From positions 261,144,001 to 261,208,000 of the forward strand of contig NC_091471.1 of NCBI RefSeq assembly GCF_036971445.1: a stretch of DNA of 64,000 nt, written 5' to 3'. Source of the DNA: Narcine bancroftii. Taxonomy: Eukaryota. A program made the translations under genes and the position numbers. The notes below the pieces were generated by a model. The model did no database searches and was not told where the DNA came from. It saw only the letters and a list, made by a program, of their open reading frames with translations. Shown piece after piece: positions 53,901 through 64,000 of the stretch. The stretch's first letter is position 1; every line of letters starts with the position of its first letter.

Positions 53901-56900
53901 ACAGTTGCAACATGGCTTTTAGACAGTGCCCCAACCCACAAAGGCATGTATGCCCTATGCCTTCTTTACCACCCTATTGGTATTGCTACTTTCAGGGAGC
54001 TATGGACTTGTACCCTAAGATTCCTTGGTATATCAATGTCTCTTAGGGTCCTGCCACTTACTGTAAGGTTCAAGGTTCCTTTATTGTCATGTAATAAAGA
54101 CATGGAATTTGCTTTCATCTGCTGTAAGGCAGACAGATTCACCATCGGCAGAAATTGCCTGAAGCACCCCTTGCAGTCAGAGAAAGAGAAGCAAAAGAGA
54201 ATCCCCTCAGAGTCACTGAGTGTCCGTGGATTCACCTCCAGCGCTCCCGCAGCCACACAGAGTTCAGTCCAAACCGTCAGCAGCCCGAGTTTCAGATCTG
54301 AGCCTTCGACACGATCAGGAAACCTTCAGCACCCTCTCGCATCCTGATTCCAAAACCTGGTACCCCTTCAGCTAGTCTCGTACCTGTCTCCGGCAGTCTG
54401 CAGCTGGTATGAATCCCAGTCGCCAGCAGCCTGCGCTGTTTCCTCGCCAACAGCCTACGGTCGCAGGATTTTCAAATAAAGTCACCGTCAGCCCAATTAA
54501 CAGGCTGTGGAAAGCCTGCATGGAGCCAACGACAGTCAGACTGGGTGGTTGGACCCCACGGGAGTGCTATGTATCCGCTCCCTCCTCTCCGTGGCTGTTA
54601 CAGCAGTGCCGCCATCATTAATGTGGGGAAGGTCCACTTCCCCCTTGCAGTTGACCTCCCAAAGGGCAATGTAAGAACATAAGAAATAGCAACAGGAGTT
54701 GGCCATCCCGCCCATCAAGTCTGCTCCACCATTCAATAAGATCATGGTTCATCCGGCCATGGACTCAGCTCTACCTGCTTGCTTTTTTCCCCATAACCCT
54801 TCATTTCCCCCACTATGCTTTAAAGCATCCTCATACTTTAAACATTTCTTCTTGTTTCTAATACATGAATTAAATGCCTTGGAATTTTTCCTATATACTA
54901 TTTGCCTAGGGCATCTCACGGCCTCTTTTATCCCTCCTGTGCTTTCAGTCAAATATTCCAAATTGATCCATAGAAGTAACCACGAAACTGAACTTTAAAA
55001 ACCGTTGTCAAGAAAGGGAGAAGGCCACTCAGCCTATTGAGTCCTTTCCCCCACTAACTTTCTCTGTAACATATTCCCCGGAGATTTTCATCAATCCCAG
55101 CCAGATTCGATTACCCTCCTACACTGGGGACAATTTACATTGGCCAACTAACCGACCTTTTCTGGGATATGGGAGGAAGCCAGAGCACAAAGAGAAGAGT
55201 CCATGCAGGTAGCACGGGAGGACAGGACTGAGCCTGGGTGGCAGGAGCTCCACCAGCCACGCCATCCACAGGTTAACCTGATACATTATTTCTCTCACAA
55301 CTGATGCTCCTTGACCAGTATTCTATTTTTTTTTTTATATATATCAGTAATCACTTTGCATTTACTAACAAGACTCTTTCCTTACGTTACATAATCAGGA
55401 ACAATGAGGGGCTTGGGAATAAATCCAGATGGAATAGACTTGTTGAGGGTGTCTAGACCATTGAGCTGTGATGCATTGTTTTTGGTCCATTCTTCATCTG
55501 GAACCCGTGGCGTGTTTGTCCGGGACGACATGCGCTTGAATGAGAACCGTCGCTTCTGTGGGGTCACTGTGGCTGTTCCACGCTGCAGGAGGAAACGCAA
55601 TGAGAACTCAGACCTAACCCATAAATGTGAAGGTAGGTCGCTGCCCCCGCTCCTGTCACAGGCAGCCCCCCAATCCACCCACCAGTTCTCAGGGGATTCC
55701 ACCTCGAGCAGATTGTTGCATAGGGACCACCCAATGATCAGGAGCCAGCTAGAAACCTATACAGAGCTAAAACACATCAACGCCCTGCATGTAGCACAAG
55801 TCAGCGTAAAGCTCCAGTGAGTAGTTAGGAAGGCAATAGGGTTCATTGAACAAGGGGATGGAGGTTAAAAAGAGGACAACTACACATGGTGCTGGTGAGA
55901 CAGCCAGCTTTGGTCGGCTGGAGAGGAGACACATTTGCATTGGAGGTGGGTCAATAGGAAGATTCAAGGTTGAAAGGTCAATCTTATGAGAAACAAGCGA
56001 GGCCTCTAACACATTGCTGCTTGGAAAATTGAAAGGTGATCCGACTGAAACCTTTAAGGTGCCTGGAGGATGACTTCTTCCTCAGGGAAACCTTAAGATG
56101 GACCATCTCAGAGTGAAAAGGTATCCATCTAAAATGGATATTGGAAAGGAATTTCTCCTCTCAAGGGAGGTTCAGCAATGGAGGCTGAATCACTGAATAT
56201 ATTCAAGAGTGAGACAGACTGATATTTGATCTGTGGGAAGTCTAAAGTTATGAGGAACTGGCAGGAAAATGGAGTTTCAGTCTGATTTTTATTATGATTC
56301 TATTGATTGGGCCTGAGGGACTGACTCTCCTGCTATTAATTTTTATGCATTGGAAAGTATCCCAAGGCACTTTTCAGAAATACTATTAAAGATCACTTGA
56401 CACACTGATCCAAATACACATGTGACTGAAAGCTCAGTTAAAGAGGCTTCTAGGAACATCTTTGGGGCGTGGCGAGTCTCAGTGAGGGAATTCCAGATCT
56501 TGGGGCTCAGGCAGCTGAATGCCCACCCCCCCATCCCCTTTTGTACAATATTCTGGTACAATAAGAGGAGGGGGGCTAAATGAAGCAGCAAAGGTAAGAC
56601 ACCATGAAGGGATTTGAGAGCAAGGAGGAGATCTTTAAAATAAAAGCAGAAACCCACCAGGGTCAGACACCACAGGGTAGTTAGCAACTGGGATTTGGAT
56701 ACGATCAGACATGATTCCCCACGACCCTATGCTGAGGGAAGATGAAAGACAGGAGTCTGACGAGAATTTCAGCAGTGAAATTAGTGAAAATGAATCAAAG
56801 CAGTGATGGAGGACAGGAATATTTTTGGGATGTACCTGATGGTCTTGGGCGTCTTACCCTTGCTGTATGACCTGCTGCGTTTCTCCACCGCATTTTGAGG

Positions 56901-59464
56901 ATGGAGGCTGGCATGGTATTGAAAGCTCAGTGGTTTGTGGGAGAAGGATGGAGTCGGTGAAAAGGGGTTGCAGTATGTACTGGGAACAGAAGTCTGCAGC
57001 CTGAATCGACTTGGTTGGAAGAAACTTCTCACCTGAAATGTCAATGTGACCTACAATGGGAGGGAAGGTGTCAGGGGAGAGGCAGTGGGATAGAGCTGGG
57101 GATTATCAGCAGATTATAGCAGTGTCGTGCCAAGGGGGTCATTTGTGGACATTGCCTCCCCAAACGAGGTACTGTGACTCCCCCCCCCCCCCCCCCACCC
57201 ATGCTAGGATGACCTGACACCCGTTTTGAGTAATCTGTCCTCCATCTGGTGCTACCTCAAACTAAATGTTAATTTGTCCTCCATTTGGGGGTCTAGGGGC
57301 AGAAAGGGGGCACTAATCATATTAAAATGTGGTGTCCCGGGGTCCGTAGGCTATGCACGGCCACATTTCTTCCTGTGCATATGCGCTAGTGCCGGCTGGC
57401 GCATGGGCAATGGATTGGAGAGCCTGGGGCCACTGGCATCACTTCCCCTTCCTCCATTGGAAGTGATGCCAGTGGTCCCTGGCACTCCAATCCATTGCCC
57501 TTGCGCCAGCCGGCCCTAGCACATACGTGCGAGAAGAAATATGGCCTCGCGTGGCCTACAGATCCTGGGACGCCACATTTAACAAGGTAGGTTCCCCCTT
57601 TCTGCCAGCACCCACTGAGCAAGATTTCAAGCATCACATTGTGCCATCCCGCGAATACCCTAATGTCCCCCTCCCCGGTAAGACTTGTTCTGGCGCTGAC
57701 CCTGGATTATGTGAACAGTGATGCTGTGTTTTCGGTGATGTGACATAGGAGGAATGAAGGAGAGATCCTTGAGGAATATTTTAGGGAATGGGAGTGGGAA
57801 CAGTGAGAGTCACCACAGAAAACACAATACAGGCAGACCCCGACTTACAACCTATGCGATGTCCGACCATCCGTACATATGACCATAAAAGAAAATTGTA
57901 GAAATTTTTTAAAAATAAAGAAAAAATATGTAAATATAAAAATTACACTTTTGGGGTGAAAGTAGGTGCCTATTTATGGAAATTAGCGCCTATGGCAGGG
58001 GTTGCCAACCAGTCGCGAGAGCTGGCCTTGGTGGCCGCCATGTTGTATTTGACGAAAGATAAAATGTATACAGTGAATACGATCGGTCGGTCAGAATAGG
58101 GCACGGTCGTAAGTTGAGGACTACCTGCACTCAGATCATGGAGTCAAAGTGAACAGGTGGATCAATAAATTACAGTGACACTGTATTGTGTTGCATTGAA
58201 AACACAGCTGTTTAAATCTTTTGCCCATTGTAAAGAGACGATTGACGGCTGAAGTCCGATTGACGCCTTTGCTAGCTAGTATATCTAGATTTTGAAGGGA
58301 AGTGTCCGCGTGATTACTTGTCTTGGTCTCCAATGGAGCAGGACCTACCTGACTTGCAAGAGCTTCCCTTTCCCTTCTGGTTAGCTCGTGGCGCCACACC
58401 TTGAGACAAATGCCCGCGGTGACCAAATACAGGAGCATGTTGACAAACAGGAAGGCTGCAGCAGCAATCTGTCCACTCTCTACCCGGCATAACTGGTAGT
58501 ACAGGGGGCTGTTGGCCATCATAGTGTAACACAAGCCTCCCAGGTTGAATCCATTGACATAGACAATGCCAGCTGCCATGTACAAAAAGAACAGGCAAGT
58601 GTTCATGGTGAATTCCGTCAGTGGCCACCAGTCTGAGTCAAGAAGGATTGTTCTGTAATACAGAGACAGTCCCAGGACCAGGAGTCCGACTGTCACAATC
58701 CAGGCTAGACCAGCCATAACCAGGACAAAAGTGGTCTTGGGTCCAGTGTAGTAATAATTGTTCCCAAGCCCATAGGCTGGGAACGATCCACCAACAAAGT
58801 TGTACCATTGGCTGTCTTTCTGTATGTATGCACAGATACAAGCAAAGACCATTGCTCCGAACAGGAGCTCCATCACACCCAGTAACCTCAGCAGTCCCGG
58901 CCACGACTTCATGTAGGCATGCTTCAGCTGGTAGACATGCATCCTCTCCACGTAGCTCTCGGCCGTCTCGGGCTCCTCCTCTTTGAGATGCCCCAAAAGC
59001 AGTGGTGTGGGTCCTGCTTCACTTCTGGAGATGCTCCAATCGTCCCTGCCCTCAGCCATGCCCTGTGGCGTAGAGTCCCTGCGCCGGTTTAGGAAAGGCG
59101 ACACCGGCGGCGAGCACTCCTCCACTCCCCACGAGGAACTGAGATTGAGCAAAGACTTGGCCCGCCCACGTCGGCCCCTCCAGAAGTTTCTCCAAGAGTC
59201 GGGGATGAACTTTCTTTTCGGTTTGATGTCCGGCATGGGCAGTGTCTCTTCCACCATGCCCACTGGTGGCAGCAGGGGCAGTGGTGGTGGCTCTGCCATG
59301 GAGCTGTACGAGTCTTCCTCCACGCTGCTGCTGGCAACTGAATTTGACATCAAGTGTGTGGGCAGCATCTGCCTCTGTTGGCCAGGACGCTCAGCCTGTT
59401 CTCCATTGGCTGGTAGCCCATTCCTGTCATAATCACTCGTTCCCATCCTCCAGTCTGATGACAT
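44828..59464 (-). CDS. MARVELD2: Tricellulin / MARVEL domain-containing protein 2-like, about 550 aa; complement(join(44828-44944,46320-46370,53025-53196,55386-55582,58349-59464))
   Basis: PPPLPLLPP, RKFIPDSWRNF, ECSPPVSP, YMKSWPGLLRLLG, YYRTILLDSDWWPLTEF, CRVESGQIAA, IPKPLIVPDYVTKYP...ERERYKGVFNDQYAEY and DPTFVEKKQRCTYLKNKLS are tricellulin hallmarks; GT-AG introns in phase. Probably a paralogue (MARVELD2-like). Confidence 0.9.
45560..46020 (+). mobile_element. Non-autonomous retroposon with (CTTGAA)-type tail; second copy inverted at about 54065-54660
   Basis: Shared gcaatttctgccgatgg..aatctgtc..cctt.cagcag and a 3' end gac(a/g)ataaag...cttgaa.ctt. Confidence 0.6.
46320..46370 (-). CDS. 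MARVELD2: MARVELD2-like exon (51 bp)
   Basis: ttccag|GAACAC...AAGAAT|gtgagt; EHRRIMKILEDYKEKKN. Confidence 0.9.
47396..48064. mobile_element. TcMar-Tigger/pogo-like non-autonomous element
   Basis: TA|cagtaaaacccctgg.atc.gg ... ccggataccaggggttttactg|TA. Confidence 0.8.
49010..49395 (+). mobile_element. Rex/Babar-type LINE 3' end, split by the RTE insertion (tail resumes at 52126-52160)
   Basis: IYRDHCLKRACKII.DP...RYRRIRASTSRLRNSFF remnant; same 3' UTR occurs uninterrupted at about 62800-63005. Confidence 0.7.
49408..52125 (+). mobile_element. Young RTE-clade LINE with inverted 5' segment (49408-50355 on -, 50355-52125 on +)
   Basis: APE C-terminus/linker on - (TTWMHPRSKHWHLLDY..CHTDHRLV); RT on + (YRGITLL, QCGFR, FVDLTKAFD, LFADD); 2-bp frameshift near 51388; TSD ACTTATGCAATC at 49396-49407 and 52126-52137. 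Confidence 0.93.
52511..52827. mobile_element. Tigger-like MITE
   Basis: TIR caggtgctcc ... ggagcacctg|TA. Confidence 0.65.
53025..53196 (-). CDS. MARVELD2: MARVELD2-like exon (172 bp, occludin/ELL domain)
   Basis: tcacag|AAAATAC...TCCGAG|gtcagt; KYPKIESVEERERYKGVF... Confidence 0.92.
53385..54062 (-). mobile_element. CR1/L3 fragment
   Basis: Minus-strand CR1-type RT C-terminal remnant and 3' UTR. Confidence 0.55.
55386..55582 (-). CDS. MARVELD2: MARVELD2-like exon (197 bp)
   Basis: ctgcag|CGTGGA...GTAAC|gtaagg; ends ...IPSGFIPKPLIVPDYV. Confidence 0.85.
57120..57704. mobile_element. hAT-like MITE containing a nested 260-bp palindromic element (57322-57582)
   Basis: Ends cagtgtcgtgcca / tggcgctgaccctg; near-TSD gattatag / gattatgt; internal arms of about 125 bp bounded by TTAA. 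Confidence 0.65.
57830..58127. mobile_element. Tigger-like MITE
   Basis: TA|caggcagaccccgacttac ... gtaagttgaggactacctg. Confidence 0.7.
58349..59464 (-). CDS. MARVELD2: MARVELD2-like large first coding exon (N-tail plus MARVEL domain, 372 codons)
   Basis: ATG (MSSDW) at 59464; donor AGTCAG|gtaggt. Confidence 0.88.
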
Positions 59465-59872
59465 TCTCTCTCGACCCACCTTGTCACTCCAATATGGTGA
59501 AGAGAAAAGGAGAAGTCAGTGCAAATACACTTAGGTGCATTTAACAAAGTTGCTGACAGCTTTAATAACTAGTTCACCAGCTTCAGCAGGTAGTTGAGTA
59601 AATACGTGGTGAAAGATATTACAGGAGAGAAGCAGGATGGTTAGAATAAATCTTCAAAGGAGCTGCAGGAAAGAAGAAGCTTCCTTCCCTGTACAAATGT
59701 GTGAACAACTTCAGTTCCTTCCTACTTCAAAGACGAGGGAAGAGTTAACATTCCAAGGATTGTCATGGTGCCCTCAATGAATTCAGTTCCCTGGGGGCAG
59801 GGTAGGAAGCGCAGAGTCAAGGCTAAACAGAAGACAAGTAAAATTTAAATAATCTCAGAGGACAGCTTTCTC

Positions 59873-60096
59873 NNNNNNNNNNNNNNNNNNNNNNNNNNNN
59901 NNNNNNNNNNNNNNNNNNNNNNNNNNNNNNNNNNNNNNNNNNNNNNNNNNNNNNNNNNNNNNNNNNNNNNNNNNNNNNNNNNNNNNNNNNNNNNNNNNNN
60001 NNNNNNNNNNNNNNNNNNNNNNNNNNNNNNNNNNNNNNNNNNNNNNNNNNNNNNNNNNNNNNNNNNNNNNNNNNNNNNNNNNNNNNNNNNNNNNNN
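59873..60096. other. Assembly gap (224 N)
   Basis: Run of n. Confidence 1.
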
Positions 60097-60695
60097 AATG
60101 CTGCAACTGTACAGGGTACTGGTGAGGCTGCATCTGGAGTGCTGCATGCAGTTCTGGTCTCCCTACTTGAGGAAGGATGCACTGGCTTTGGAGGTGGTCC
60201 AGAGGAGGTTCACTAGGTTGATTCCAGAGATGAGGAGGTTGGCCGATGAGGACAGACCTAGTCATTTGGGACTGTGCTCGCTGGAATTTAGAAAGATGAG
60301 AGGAGATCTTAAAGAAACATATAAAATTATATAAGGCACAGATATGATTAAGGTAAGTAAGTTGTTTCCATTGGTGAGGGAGAAAAGAACTAGGGGATGT
60401 AGCCTCAAGATTTAGGGGAGTGGATTTGGGACAGAAAAGAGGAATTGCTTTTTCCAGAGGGTGATGAATTTATGGCATTCACTGCCCATTGAAGCAGTGG
60501 AGGCGACCTCAGTAAATACAGTATATTTAAGACAAGATTGGATATATTTTTTTTTACTTGGGGAATTGAGGGATATGGGAAAAAGGCCAGTAGGTGGAGA
60601 TGAGCCTATCTTCAGATTAGCCATGATCTCATTGAATGGTGGAACAGGCTTGATGGGCCGGATGGCCTAATCCTGCCCCTATTTCTAATGCTCTG
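60097..60695 (+). mobile_element. CR1/L3 LINE 3' fragment
   Basis: LQLYRVLVRLHLECCMQFWSPYLRKD..ALE.VQRRFTRLIP; CR1-type tail. Confidence 0.85.
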
Positions 60696-61754
60696 GTGAG
60701 CTTATATGCATATCCTCACACAAACACAGAAGAAGTGTCAAAATTGGACATGATTTGTGTCCGCTAGAAGACAAGGACAACATGACAAAGCTCAGAGGCC
60801 CATCATCTTCCTCAAGCCTGTTCTGGCATTCAATAACATGATGGTTTAAATATCATCTGATTGCAAGATACTTACCTTTGCTCACAAAAAAACCCAAAAA
60901 TTTATAATTAACTATTGCTGTTGGCAGAAGTTCTAAATATATAACATTTTTTAACGCTAGAGCATGGTAGAAAGCCCTCTGACACATGAAAGCCATGCTG
61001 TCCAATTGCACCCAATTAACCTACTAATCCCTTAATGTTTTGGAGAGTGGGAGGAAATGGGAACATCCAGAGGAAACCCACGTTGACAACGTACGAACTC
61101 ATTATAGACAGCACTGGATTCAAACTCGGGTTGCTGGTGTTGTAACAGCATCGTACCAACCACTACACTAACTGTGCAATCCTGTCTCTTTACCCCTTTA
61201 GAGTGTAGTTTGTTCCTATCCTCCTGAGTAATAGTGTGTGTATAAAGGTTTATAAAAATTATGGGGGGGGGGGGGGCGGTTTGTCCCAGGGTAGGGAAGT
61301 CTACCATAAAAGGACATGGTATTAAACTAAGAAGAGAGAAATTTAAAGAAGATCAGAAAAGGCAAGGATTTCACACAGGTTAGTGACTATCTGCCAGCGA
61401 AAGAGGTGGAGGCAAACACAATGTTCCAGGATAGGAAAGGAACAGGCGGCAGGGTTAGTGCAGCACTGATACTGGGGTTCAAAATCCCGTGCTTTCTGTA
61501 AGGAATTTGCACATTCTCCCTGTGTCTGTGTGGGTTTTCCCACGGGGGTTGAAGGTTATTTACCCTCCCAACCTTCAAAACGTGCTGAGGGTTTAAGTTA
61601 ATTGGGCAGTGTGGGGTCTTGCTGTATGTCAAAATTAAAAAATTTAACTAATACAGGCATATGAGATTAGCGTCAATAGGCAATACGGGCAGCATACATG
61701 AGATGGGCTGAAGGGCCTATTTGTGCTGTAAATTATTTTTCTCTTCTCACTTTG

Positions 61755-62109
61755 CATTGGTTCTCAACCTTTTTCTCTCCACTCACATACCACTTTTAAG
61801 TATTCCCTATGCTATAGGTGCTCTGTGATTGCTTAAGGTGGTATGTGGGTGGGAAGAAAACGTTTGAGAACCACTGTTTTAATCATACCCAATTGACTCG
61901 TTATGTGCACGGTTTCATAACTCCAAAGTAAATTGGCCAATTAAAATTTTTCTCAAGCAAAATATTAAGGTAACAATTGGGTCTAGAGCAGTGATCCTCA
62001 ACCTTCCCTTCCCACTCACACACCACCTTAAGTAATCCACAGAGCACCTATGGCATAGGGATTGCTTAAAGTGATATGTGAGTGGAAAGAAAAAGGTTGA
62101 GAACCACTG
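61755..62109. mobile_element. hAT/Charlie-like composite MITE
   Basis: ca(t/g)tggttctcaacct ... aggttgagaaccactg; two units plus spacer. Confidence 0.75.
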
Positions 62110-63128
62110 CATTAATGTCTTAAAAACTTCAATCAAATCACCCCTGACCTTTCTACAGTCTAGGAAATTTCTCTGAGCATTTTAATCCTTGAAGTCCAGG
62201 TATCACTCAGGTTAATTTACTCCCTCCTAACCATCAATACAACTTCCTAGATCTTTGTAAAACGATAGCATCAGTTTTATTCCAATCATGAATAAAGCGC
62301 AATGAATAAAAATACTGGCTCTCAAAATAAAATCAAAATGTTAACATGTTAACATTTTGACATTTTAAGGATTTTATCATGCAGAGGAACTGACGGTATT
62401 GTTGCCTTGGGAAGGTTTGTTTCAGTGCTTTGGTTTGTTCAGACAAAGCTCCTTCTAACTCCTGATGCCCCCAGTTCAATATCATGGATCACCCAGGGCT
62501 TAATTTGCATTGGTGTACTTTGAACTAGGATGATGTTAGATCATAGCCATCACTCAGGCTGCGTGGCTGTGACCTCAAGACCCCAGCCAAAGACAAGCCC
62601 CATTTCTCTGGCTGAAATTTCCCCAGTGCTGCACCATGGGAGTTCTGCTCTGTCTTAAGTGACATGTTTAGATTGAGACATTTTGACAAGAGTTCAAGGC
62701 AGACAGAGGGAAAAAACCCTGTGGGTCTTCTGGTTTCCTCCCAGGCTGGAAGGTTAATTGGCAGAGAGAACACTGGACAACCAAAGGATCTCCTCACACT
62801 AACCATGTGAGACTCTCATTTGTACAAAGTACAATTTATTTATTTATTTTTAGAGCTATAATACTTGCCCTGCACATGTATTATTTGTCTGTATGTGTGT
62901 TATGCCTGGTTGTGTGTCTGCATGTTTTTGCACCAAGGATCAGAAACCACTGTTTTGTTGGCTTTAATTATAATTATCAATCAGATGATAATAAACTTGA
63001 CTTGAACTCTAATGAGTTCCTCCTGTGTGAGTGAGTGGCAGAATTTGAGAGAGGGTTGATGGGAGTGTGGGGAGAATGAGTTGGGGTAGGATTTAGTACA
63101 ATCATGTAGCACCTCCCTTACACTAATC

Positions 63129-63445
63129 CAGTGGTTTTCAAATTTTTCTTTTCCACTCACATCCCACTTTAAGTAATCCCTATGCCATCAGTGCTCTGTG
63201 ATTAGTAAGGGATACTTAAAGTGGGATGTGAGTGGAAAGGGAAGGCCAGGCCCAATTGTTACTGAAATACTTTGCTTGAGAAAAATTGTCATTGACCCAT
63301 TTCTTTTGGAGTTTATGAAACCGTGCACATAACGAGTCAATTAGGTACGATTAAAACCGTTTCTTTCCCTTACTAATCACAGAGCACCTATGGCATAGGG
63401 ATTAATTAAAGTGGTACGTGAGTGGAAAAGTTTGAACGCCACTGG
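63129..63445. mobile_element. hAT/Charlie-like composite MITE with inverted flanks
   Basis: cagtggttttcaaa ... tttgaacgccactg; same family as the three other copies. Confidence 0.75.
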
Positions 63446-63833
63446 ATTAGTGTAAGGGAGGTGCTACATAATTGTCATGGATTCAATGAGCTGAAGGGCC
63501 CCTTTCATTGTGTTGTGTCTCTATGTCGCTTCATGACACTAACCTGAAGAAAAATAAGTTTTTCCCAATGGCCTGAGACCCATATTTATCCCTTAACTGA
63601 TGTCGCAAGAATAAATTATTTGGACTAAAACAACTAGCTGTTAGTGTGAGCTGCTGCGAACAAATGGGCTGCTCTGGTTTCTCTATTACAATAGAGATGG
63701 AAAGTACTTCGTTGGATTCATGGATGAAAAGCATTTTGGCCTGTCCTAAAGGGTGTGTAAAATTCTGAACAGATGCAATCTCATATTTGTCCAACAGTGA
63801 GGCTAACATGATGGTGCGGGTCTCCCACACAAA

Positions 63834-64000
63834 GTCTAATAGCTTGAATACGCCTGAAATTGTCTGATCTCGCAAGCCGAGCAGGTTCAGTACTTGGAGG
63901 GGAGACCACCTGGAAACACCAGGTGCTGTAGGTTTCTGTGAGGGGCGATGGACAAAGTGGCGACTCCCTGTCTGCCTTACGGCAGACGAAAGTTAATGAA
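63834..64000 (+). mobile_element. 5S rRNA-derived sequence (about 63834-63935), probably the head of a SINE3-type element or a 5S pseudogene; runs off the window
   Basis: gtctgatctcgcaagc..agcagg..agtacttgga.gggagacc.cctgg.aa.acc.ggtgctgtagg matches 5S with an internal deletion of about 10 nt and several substitutions; no T4 terminator; non-5S body follows. Confidence 0.75.

Noticed and set aside
56858-57050. Longer 193-bp exon using the donor at 56857
   Set aside because: Ends in phase 1, incompatible with the phase-0 acceptor at 55582
58136-58348. C-terminal 70 aa of the 447-aa ORF
   Set aside because: Read-through past a strong CAG|gtaggt donor into the intron; downstream exons supply the occludin/ELL domain
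59823-60265. ORFs spanning the N run
   Set aside because: Artefacts of the assembly gap joined to a CR1 fragment
63834-63935. Functional 5S rRNA gene
   Set aside because: Damaged 5' end, internal deletion of about 10 nt, many substitutions, no terminator, not in a tandem array
63935-63995. Hairpin followed by GAAA as hammerhead stem II
   Set aside because: No CUGANGA immediately 5' of the stem

Overview
Eukaryotic vertebrate genomic DNA, rich in introns and repeats. The V-domain tRNA-SINEs, CR1, Penelope and Rex/Babar repeats suggest a cartilaginous fish (inference). Three spliced protein-coding genes can be rebuilt by hand with GT-AG boundaries and consistent phases. (1) The 3' seven coding exons of TM6SF2 on + (1268-7209; the 5' exons lie upstream of the window). 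(2) A complete occludin-like gene on - (CDS 35558 to 12456, 7 coding exons, 521 aa), with a CpG-rich promoter/non-coding exon 1 near 39.3 kb. (3) A complete tricellulin/MARVELD2-like gene on - (CDS 59464 to 44828, 5 coding exons, about 550 aa), directly upstream of the occludin gene. A MARVELD2-OCLN tandem beside TM6SF2 suggests a second, whole-genome-duplication paralogue of the tight-junction MARVEL cluster. The rest is transposon-derived: two young near-identical RTE LINEs (one with a twin-priming-type 5' inversion), a decayed Tc1 with nested insertions, L1, CR1, Rex/Babar and Penelope fragments, many MITEs and hairpins, SINEs, two minisatellites, a 5S-derived element and a 224-nt N gap. 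A complex templated duplication (inverted plus direct) lies just after the TM6SF2 polyA signal. Most ORFs in the supplied track are spurious. No prokaryote-style novel system (CRISPR, operon, retron) is supported.
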